Positions 47,336-53,440 of a stretch of DNA of 53,440 nucleotides are shown one piece after another (position 1 is the first letter of the stretch; each line of letters starts with the position of its first letter). Position numbers and translations under genes: made by a program. Origin of the DNA: an uncultured Bacilli bacterium (GTDB taxonomy: Bacteria; Bacillota_I; Bacilli_A; RF39; UBA660); NCBI GenBank assembly GCA_947588935.1, contig CANQAU010000001.1:1-53440 (forward strand), given 5' to 3'. The notes beneath the pieces are model-generated. The model saw only the letters and a list, made by a program, of their open reading frames with translations, was not told the origin of the DNA and did no database searches.

Positions 47336-48331
47336 ATGAAAAAGATTTTTAAAAATAAGAAAGTGCTTATATGTTTGGGAATATTGTTCGTTCTTATCAT
47401 TTTAGGAAGTGGAATTACTTGTTATTTCGTAATTAAAAATAAACAGAATGCTAATCTTAAACCTAATGATCATTCAAGTGAAGCTATAGAAAAAGAAGAG
47501 ATTGTCAAGGTGATTTTTGATGCTAATGGTGGAAGTGCTGTAGGAAGTTTAGAAATAGAAAAAGGTAGTATCATTGAGAAACCTGATAATCCAATCAGAG
47601 AAGGATACCAATTTGTTTCATGGCTTTACAATGAAGAAGAATTTGATTTTACGACTCCTATTCAGGAAAATATAATACTAAAGGCAAAGTGGGAAAAGAA
47701 AGAAGAAGAGACAAATCCTTCAAGTAGTGGTTCAAATAAGCAAAGTAATCTATCTGGCACAAGTTCTAGCACAAGTTCGGCTTCTTCAAATATTGATAAA
47801 TTTAATTTAAATGATAATATTTCTGTTACATTCAATTTTGTTAATTGGAGCCAGCCAGGAGGCTATTATTTTATAACCAATATGGATACTGTTTTACCGC
47901 AACTAACAGGGAAAAAAAGTATTACAGTTGGTTGGGATGAAGATAAAGTGGGAAATGGTATTGATGTCCTTCTTACCGATTGGGAAGATGCACTACAAAA
48001 ATTTACATTTGATACGTCGAAAGAAGAAAATGCCAAAGCGGTTTTCCAAAAAATTGAAAGTGCTAATCAAAAGGGCATCCAATTTACTCCAAATATAAGT
48101 GATCACCAATTTAGTTATAAATATACTTATCTAACGGTTAGTCATACTTCTTATCATTCTTTAAATTCTGCCTTTAAGGCAAACAAAAATGACTTACAAA
48201 ATGAAATTGATAGTACTTTTTCAAATGCAATTTATGTAACTTTACCAGGATATGGTGTTTATCCAAGTTATGATGAATTACTAACAGAAGAGATATGTAA
48301 TGAATATCATTTAGTATGTAGTAAGTGGTGA
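47336..48331 (+). CDS. Membrane-anchored surface protein with a Listeria-Bacteroides (Flg_new) repeat
   Basis: N-terminal anchor VLICLGILFVLIILGSG. The repeat VKVIFDANGGSAVGSLEIEKGSIIEKPDNPIREGYQFVSWLYNEEEFDFTTPIQENIILKAKW is the classic repeat. It has a Ser-rich linker and an unrecognised C-terminal domain. AGGAG SD; the ORF track starts it at 47300. Confidence 0.6.
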   Translation: MKKIFKNKKVLICLGILFVLIILGSGITCYFVIKNKQNANLKPNDHSSEAIEKEEIVKVIFDANGGSAVGSLEIEKGSIIEKPDNPIREGYQFVSWLYNEEEFDFTTPIQENIILKAKWEKKEEETNPSSSGSNKQSNLSGTSSSTSSASSNIDKFNLNDNISVTFNFVNWSQPGGYYFITNMDTVLPQLTGKKSITVGWDEDKVGNGIDVLLTDWEDALQKFTFDTSKEENAKAVFQKIESANQKGIQFTPNISDHQFSYKYTYLTVSHTSYHSLNSAFKANKNDLQNEIDSTFSNAIYVTLPGYGVYPSYDELLTEEICNEYHLVCSKW

Positions 48332-48337
48332 TAAAAA

Positions 48338-49324
48338 TTGAAAAAAGGGTTTATAGTTTTTTTAGCGTTATTTTGTTTTGGAATTTTTCCTGTTTCAGCA
48401 GCAACAAATCCTTATCCTAACACACAAACGATTAATGGAGCAAAAAGTGTTCCTTGCGCAAGAGTGGTCTGGCAAGAAGTATATGATCGCTTAGGCATTG
48501 CTTTACCAGGTGATTGGGGAAATGCTATTGATTGGCTCGCAAGCGCAAAAAATGCTGGTTATCAAGTAGGAGAAACACCAAAGGAAAATTCGATTGCTGT
48601 TTATTCCGGATTTTATGGATATGGTCATGTTGCCTATGTTCTAGATGTTCTAGATGGCTATATGCGTATAATTGAAGGCGGCGTTGTTGGAACTGAGAAA
48701 AGAGATAGGACAGCAAGTTATGAAATTGGTTCTGGGGATGGAATCTATTTAGCTGGTTTTATCTATCTGGATGAAATTCCAAAACAACCATCGAAAAGTG
48801 CTAATTCAAATTCAGAAACCAACTACAATAATTCCAATTCTAGCAGTAATACAATAACGAAAAAGGATGAAAATAGTTATTTAAAATCGCTAGAAATAGA
48901 AGGTGTCCCTATTTCTTTTCAAAAAGATACTTTTACCTATACTGTTACTCTTCCTTACAAAACAGAAAATATTGTAATAAAGGCAGATGCTGAAAAAAGC
49001 ACCTCTACTATTCAAAAAGAGGAAAGCTATTCATTAAATGTTGGAGAAAACGTTATCAGTATTAAATGTATTGCTGAAGATCAATCAACGAGTGAATATA
49101 TCCTTTATATTACAAGAGAAGAACCAAAAGAAGAAACAATAGAAGAACCATCCATTAAAGAGTCAAAAGAAGAAAAAAAGATTAATTCTTTGGTTTGGAT
49201 TTTAGGTATTTCTTTTGTTAGTTTTCTTACCATAGGAATTATTATTTTCCTTTGCATAAAAAGAAAAAGGGAAAATAAAAAGAAATCTATAAAATTACGC
49301 TCTGTACTAGATTGTAAGGGGTGA
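48338..49324 (+). CDS. CHAP-domain peptidoglycan hydrolase with a cadherin-like beta-sandwich domain and a C-terminal TM anchor
   Basis: Signal peptide ...FPVSA|ATN. The CHAP pattern is C(ARVVW)...GNAIDW...GHVAYV. YLKSLEIEG...TYTVTLPY...ISIKCIAED...YILYITRE resembles cadherin-like beta-sandwich repeats. C-terminal TM plus KRKRENKKK. Confidence 0.7.
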   Translation: MKKGFIVFLALFCFGIFPVSAATNPYPNTQTINGAKSVPCARVVWQEVYDRLGIALPGDWGNAIDWLASAKNAGYQVGETPKENSIAVYSGFYGYGHVAYVLDVLDGYMRIIEGGVVGTEKRDRTASYEIGSGDGIYLAGFIYLDEIPKQPSKSANSNSETNYNNSNSSSNTITKKDENSYLKSLEIEGVPISFQKDTFTYTVTLPYKTENIVIKADAEKSTSTIQKEESYSLNVGENVISIKCIAEDQSTSEYILYITREEPKEETIEEPSIKESKEEKKINSLVWILGISFVSFLTIGIIIFLCIKRKRENKKKSIKLRSVLDCKG

Positions 49325-49457
49325 ATAATGGTAATCCGTATAAACTAGTTGAAAATCAATTCCAGAACTATTGTCAAAAATATTACTAGAATCAATATTG
49401 CACTTATTTGTCATTTACTTTTTCAAATGAAAAATCATAAAAAAGTTATAAAAATTA

Positions 49458-49487
49458 TTGACTTAATTTATATAAGCATGGTATATT
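49458..49487 (+). promoter_or_regulatory. Strong sigma-A-like promoter with an extended -10 and no obvious ORF behind it
   Basis: TTGACT (49458-49463), an 18-nt spacer ending in TGg, then TATATT (49482-49487). Confidence 0.45.
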
Positions 49488-49494
49488 ATATATC

Positions 49495-49566
49495 GAGTAG
49501 TGCCTAGAAAACTTTTGAAGCTCTAGGTCATTCAGAGCCTAGTTTTAATAACTAGGTTTTAATTTT
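49495..49566 (+). ncRNA. Candidate small RNA or attenuator-like element (two hairpins, the second terminator-like)
   Basis: Four CCTAG/CTAGG segments can pair 1:2 and 3:4, or alternatively 2:3. The 3:4 pairing is CCTAGTT-ttaat-AACTAGG followed by TTTTAATTTT. This is hand folding only. Confidence 0.25.
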
Positions 49567-49708
49567 GAACTGAAAGTGATATAATTAAATAGTATTGAAG
49601 ACATTAGTCATTAGTAAATTTATATAAATTTAATCTTATTCATCCCGAATGAGATTGTGGTACAGGCAGCTATCAAAGATAAACAAACAAAATAGTAACT
49701 ATTTTTTA

Positions 49709-49750
49709 AAGACTAGGATGACGGAATATTTCAAATCTTAATCTTTTTTT
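49709..49750 (+). repeat. Copy B of the 42-nt ppdK-terminator repeat (degenerate)
   Basis: An ungapped alignment to 46617-46658 gives 34 of 42 identical positions. The stem carries a mismatch and a wobble relative to copy A. Confidence 0.6.
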
Positions 49751-49842
49751 ATTTACAATCAATGAACTAAAGAATATAAAAAGAACAATAACTATAATAA
49801 AAAATTCCTTTTATACGATATAATAAGAAATAGGTGATATAC

Positions 49843-50853
49843 GTGGGATTAATAAAACAAGCCATTGCAGCATTCAGGTTTAAAGACACAATTTTTTATA
49901 AAGAAAGTAGTGATTTACAAAGAAAATATGATGCTTTAAAAAAATTAAAAGAAGAAAATCCAAACAATAAAGAGCTACTAAGCGAACTATTTACTGTAAA
50001 AAAAGGACTAGATGGAGAAAATGAAATTGCATATCAATTAAAAAAAGCACATATAGGAATGTATGTATTAAGAGATATTAAAGTAAAATATGAAGATTTA
50101 ACCGCTCAAATCGATTATATTATTATTACCCCAATTTACACATACTATATTGAATGTAAAAATCTCATTGGAAATATTACTGTTACTGACAAAGGAGATT
50201 TTATTAGAGAAATTACTATAAATGGTAAAAAAGTGAAAAAAGGAATGTATTCTCCATTAAGTCAAGTGGAAGCACAAAGGGAAGTAATTCGAAAAATATG
50301 GGAAAACAAAGCCACAAAATTAACAAAGTTTTTGGCTTCGAAAAATTTTAATTATTATAGAAGAGTACTAGTAGTAGCTGCTAATCAAGAAACAATATTA
50401 AACACAAATCAAGCCCCTAAAGAAATGAAATATAAAATACTTAGAGCGGACGCACTTGTAAGACAAATTGAATATGATTTAAATCATGCTGAAAACGATG
50501 AATATGTTGAATCAAAAACAGAAATGGAAGAAACAGCAAAATCATATATGAATTTATCAATTAAAGATAATATTGATTATTACAGTTATTACAAAGAAAA
50601 ATATTGCAATAATATTTTCATAAATGATAATTTAAAAGAAAGATTAATTCAACTAAGAAAAACTAGATCTAATGAAATGAACCTGCCCGCATACTACGTA
50701 TTTACAAATGACGAGTTAGATAAATTAGTAGAATTAAGGCCCAAAACGATAGAAGAATTAAAAAATTTTCATATTTTACCGCCCATAAAAATTAAAGTCC
50801 ATGGAGACTCAATAATTGAAGAAATTAATAAATTATCCCAACCCAAAATATAG
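49843..50853 (+). CDS. NERD-domain protein with a C-terminal HRDC-like domain
   Basis: GENEIAYQLKK...LRDIKV...QIDYIIITPIYTYYIECKN fits the NERD (PD-(D/E)xK-like) pattern. The C-terminal LPAYYVFTNDELDKLVELRPKTIEELKNF fits HRDC. The GTG at 49843 lies 5 nt after AGGTGA; the ORF track starts it at 49834. Confidence 0.65.
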   Translation: MGLIKQAIAAFRFKDTIFYKESSDLQRKYDALKKLKEENPNNKELLSELFTVKKGLDGENEIAYQLKKAHIGMYVLRDIKVKYEDLTAQIDYIIITPIYTYYIECKNLIGNITVTDKGDFIREITINGKKVKKGMYSPLSQVEAQREVIRKIWENKATKLTKFLASKNFNYYRRVLVVAANQETILNTNQAPKEMKYKILRADALVRQIEYDLNHAENDEYVESKTEMEETAKSYMNLSIKDNIDYYSYYKEKYCNNIFINDNLKERLIQLRKTRSNEMNLPAYYVFTNDELDKLVELRPKTIEELKNFHILPPIKIKVHGDSIIEEINKLSQPKI

Positions 50854-50957
50854 AATAACTTCATCGCAAGATGGAGTTTTCTTTTGGTTTATGCTATATT
50901 ATTGATAGAATTGATAGGAATCAAAAGAAAGCCAGACATAAAAGGAGATAAAGTAAT

Positions 50958-51353
50958 ATGAAGAAATATAAAAGTATCATTTTATACATCATTTTTGGAG
51001 TAGCCACAACCTTGGTTAATGTTATTGCTTATTATTTATGCGCACAAATAGGACATATATCCGTAGTTCCAAGTACTCTGATTGCATGGCTCATTTCAGT
51101 TATTTTTGCATATATAACAAATAAAATCTGGGTATTTGAAAGCAAAACTAAAAAATTAGATGAAATCATCAAAGAAATTGCATCCTTTTTTTCTTGCCGC
51201 ATTTTAACTGGGATTTTGGATGTTCTCATGATGTATATCTTTGTCGACCAACTTCATTTAAACGACATGTTTATGAAAATAGTATCGAATGGAATAGTCA
51301 TTGTCTTAAATTATGTAGCAAGTAAACTATTAGTATTCAAGAAAAAAGATTAA
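50958..51353 (+). CDS. GtrA-family membrane protein
   Basis: 131 aa with four TM segments, and NKIWVFE plus the C-terminal LLVFKKK are typical of GtrA-like proteins. Confidence 0.75.
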   Translation: MKKYKSIILYIIFGVATTLVNVIAYYLCAQIGHISVVPSTLIAWLISVIFAYITNKIWVFESKTKKLDEIIKEIASFFSCRILTGILDVLMMYIFVDQLHLNDMFMKIVSNGIVIVLNYVASKLLVFKKKD

Positions 51354-51466
51354 TTTTTATTAAAAAGTATAGATGTAAAAAGAATTACATAGAAAAACAA
51401 TCGCCTTTGCATTTGCCAGTAATAGTGCTATAATGAATATAGTAAAAAGATAGATAGGGTGATGAA

Positions 51467-52498
51467 ATGCAAGCATTATGTATCGGTCATGCCACGTATG
51501 ATATTAGTATACCAGTAGACAATTATCCGCAAGAAAACGGAAAATATTATTTAAAAGATAAATTGGAAAGTAGCGGTGGCGGTGCTGCCAATGCTGCCTT
51601 TTTATTAGCAAAATGGAATGTAGAAACCTATTTTTCAGGTGCAGTAGGTTATGATGATTTTGGAACATACATCAAAAAAGAAATGGAAAAATCGAATATT
51701 AAAAGTCCATTCATTGAAACAAGTTACGACAAAAAAACATCAACATCCTTCATTTTAATTAATAATACAACACATACGAGAACAATTTTTAATATTGAAC
51801 CAGAAGAGTTTCATTTAAAAAAATATGAATATGATATTGATCCCAATGTAATTTATATTGATGGCTACGAATATTCAGCTAGCACAACTGCATTAAATAA
51901 ATATCAAAAGGCGATTTCCGTCATGGATGCATCAGCCCCAACAAAAGAAATGATGGCTTTAGCTAGAGAAGTAAATTATATTTTATGTTCAATAGAATTT
52001 GCAGAAGGTGTTGCCGGTGCCAAAATAGATTTTAATAATCCGGTAACCCTATTAACCGTATATAAACGAGTAAAAGAAAGATATCCAAACAATGAAATCG
52101 TCATCACGTTAAAAGAAAAAGGAGCCCTATATTGCATAAACAATGAAATAAAACAAATGCCACCTCTAAGTGTCAAAGAAATCGATCGAACTGGTGCCGG
52201 AGATATTTTCCGCGCAGCATTTACATATGCCATAGGACAAGGATATGATTTAGAAAAAGCCATCCGAGTAGCCAATATTGCCGGCGGACTTTCCACTTCC
52301 AGATTAGGTGGAAAAGATTCAATTCCCATTCTAAGTGAAGTAATTCAAAATTATGAATCCAGATTTGGAGCAATTGCAGCCTCAAATACACAGACACAAA
52401 CCGCACAACAGCCACCGCAAACTCCAAAAATTCAAATGCCTGCGCAAAATGCCCAACCTTCAACAAAAGAAGAAACACCAACACCACCACAAGCATGA
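51467..52498 (+). CDS. PfkB-family carbohydrate/nucleoside kinase with a Gln/Pro-rich C-terminal tail
   Basis: SGGGAANAA and DRTGAGDIF (PfkB signatures). The tail is ...NTQTQTAQQPPQTPKIQMPAQNAQPSTKEETPTPPQA. Confidence 0.8.
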   Translation: MQALCIGHATYDISIPVDNYPQENGKYYLKDKLESSGGGAANAAFLLAKWNVETYFSGAVGYDDFGTYIKKEMEKSNIKSPFIETSYDKKTSTSFILINNTTHTRTIFNIEPEEFHLKKYEYDIDPNVIYIDGYEYSASTTALNKYQKAISVMDASAPTKEMMALAREVNYILCSIEFAEGVAGAKIDFNNPVTLLTVYKRVKERYPNNEIVITLKEKGALYCINNEIKQMPPLSVKEIDRTGAGDIFRAAFTYAIGQGYDLEKAIRVANIAGGLSTSRLGGKDSIPILSEVIQNYESRFGAIAASNTQTQTAQQPPQTPKIQMPAQNAQPSTKEETPTPPQA

Positions 52499-52758
52499 TT
52501 TTAAAAAGTTATCCAACACTGGATGTTCATGGAGAAACCAGAGATACCGTAATATATCCAGTAAAATCATTTATCGATGATAATATCAAACTAGGAAATC
52601 AACATATTGTGATTATTCATGGAATCGGGCAGGGAATATTAAAAAATACAATTCACGAAATGCTAAAAAAGGATAAACGCATTGTCTCTTTTGAACAAGA
52701 AGGAAGAAATTTAGGAGCAACCCTCATCACGCTAAAAGTGTCAAGATTTGACAAATAA
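52495..52758 (+). CDS. Small Smr-domain protein
   Basis: LDVHGETRD ... IIHGIGQGILKN is the Smr signature (LDLHG ... HGxG). Its ATG overlaps the kinase stop (ATGA). Confidence 0.75.
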   Translation: MILKSYPTLDVHGETRDTVIYPVKSFIDDNIKLGNQHIVIIHGIGQGILKNTIHEMLKKDKRIVSFEQEGRNLGATLITLKVSRFDK

Positions 52759-52875
52759 CCAAGAACATGGTATATTTAAAAAGCAATAGGAAAGGATAGA
52801 GTTATACACAAATTTGACATTTTAATCAAATTGTGCTATACTAAATACGTCAAAGAAATTTGAGGGGGTTAAAAA

Positions 52876-53298
52876 ATGAAAGGTTATGTCTTAGATTATA
52901 TTGACGAAAATGAATTTCGAAAATTAGAAAGAGCATTAAAAAAATACAACATGTTAGCATTTAAAAAATTGAATTTTGAATACTATCCAGCTCTAAGAAA
53001 TGGTAATTTTGTAGGAGAATTAATATCTCAAAACAAGAAAAATGGGACAGAAACCTATGAATTAAAATTACCAAGTGATAAAATGTTTGCACAAGTACAC
53101 GGTGAAGTAAAATTAGTTTATACCGTATATAAAAAAGAAGAAACCGTAATGTTAAAAGAAATTACACCAAAAGAAATTCTTTTAGAAGGACATAAATCAG
53201 AATTAGGTACTTATAAAGGAATTATGATTAGTAAAACAAATGCATCAAAAGATAAATTTAAAATTGATTTACTAAATATGTTACAAGGAAACAAGTAA
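52876..53298 (+). CDS. Hypothetical protein
   Basis: 140-aa ORF with a GAGGGGG SD and an upstream TTGACA-17-TATACT promoter. I recognise no family. Confidence 0.5.
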   Translation: MKGYVLDYIDENEFRKLERALKKYNMLAFKKLNFEYYPALRNGNFVGELISQNKKNGTETYELKLPSDKMFAQVHGEVKLVYTVYKKEETVMLKEITPKEILLEGHKSELGTYKGIMISKTNASKDKFKIDLLNMLQGNK

Positions 53299-53363
53299 CA
53301 TATCTTTTTTCATGTATTTTTACTTGAAACCAATATAACTTTATGTTATGATTAGGAAGTAGC

Positions 53364-53440
53364 GGACCTTTAGCTCAGTTGGTTAGAGCAACCGGCTCAT
53401 AACCGGTCGGTCGTAGGTTCGAGTCCTACAAGGTCCACCA
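53364..53440 (+). tRNA. tRNA with a CAU anticodon (Met, or Ile2 if lysidine-modified)
   Basis: Hand-folded cloverleaf: acceptor GGACCTT/AAGGTCC, D-arm GCTC-AGTTGGTTA-GAGC, anticodon arm ACCGG-CTCATAA-CCGGT, T-arm GTAGG-TTCGAGT-CCTAC, with an encoded CCA at the window end. The body resembles Ile tRNAs, so its identity is uncertain. Confidence 0.85.

Noticed and set aside
49380-49760. Small ORFs in the islet's non-coding tail: a 25-aa plus-strand ORF starting at the ATG near 49427, a 30-aa plus-strand ORF near 49650, and a 34-aa minus-strand ORF near 49420. I considered them as possible type I toxins or additional peptides.
   Set aside because: None has a credible SD, a GG leader or a hydrophobic toxin-like core. 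They are compatible with chance ORFs in AT-rich DNA.
52876-53298. A possible RelE/ParE-like toxin, based on the segment VKLVYTVYKKEETVMLKEI.
   Set aside because: At 140 aa it is too long, it has no adjacent antitoxin-size ORF, and the resemblance is limited to one beta-strand-like stretch. I left it as hypothetical.
1-53440. CRISPR arrays, rRNA genes, intact IS elements or transposases, integrases other than xerC, and retron or DGR-like reverse transcriptases.
   Set aside because: I saw no regularly spaced direct repeats, no transposase or RT motifs in any of the listed ORFs, and no rRNA-like sequence. The only tyrosine recombinase has the housekeeping XerC/CodV context after topA.

Overview
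This window is mostly conserved chromosome from a low-GC, Gram-positive (Bacillota) spore-former-like organism. TGA is used as a stop codon, and gerE, gerM-like and spoIIIAH-like genes are present.

Core blocks, in order:
- rlmN(partial)-stp-prkC-rsgA-rpe, with rpmB on the opposite strand.
- A tandem replication/repair block: dnaE, polC (split by a frameshift), polA and mutM, plus a DnaQ-like exonuclease.
- tmcAL, then yceD-rpmF, then murD.
- An atypical ClpX-like AAA+ gene and tRNA-Arg(UCU).
- gerM-like, gerE and spoIIIAH-like genes.
- lemA-DUF2207 and mscL.
- The rimM-trmD-rplS-lepB block, then rbgA-rnhB-topA, xerC, ppdK, gtrA, a PfkB kinase coupled to an Smr protein, and a CAU-anticodon tRNA.

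Accessory or unusual parts:
1. A C39-peptidase ABC exporter locus is followed by two short, overlapping double-glycine-leader peptide genes that are absent from the ORF track. It looks like a candidate two-peptide bacteriocin, and is followed by a Cys-rich protein with a prepilin-like N-terminus.
2. rpmF (L32) encodes a 9-residue N-terminal extension that closely matches the Prp-cleaved propeptide of Firmicute L27.
3. polC is interrupted by a +1 frame change inside an apparent lineage-specific insert.
4. An AT-rich insertion sits upstream of rbgA. It holds a decayed KilA-N pseudogene, a duplicated rbgA 5' remnant and a DUF2419/Qng1-like queuosine-salvage gene.
5. A ~3 kb islet downstream of ppdK is bracketed by 42-nt imperfect direct repeats of the ppdK terminator. 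It carries an XRE pseudogene and two surface proteins (Listeria-Bacteroides repeat; CHAP), and is followed by a NERD-HRDC gene.

I did not recognise any CRISPR array, rRNA or intact mobile element, and I cannot point to one unambiguous novel multi-gene system. The peptide/exporter locus and the L32 propeptide are the strongest leads.
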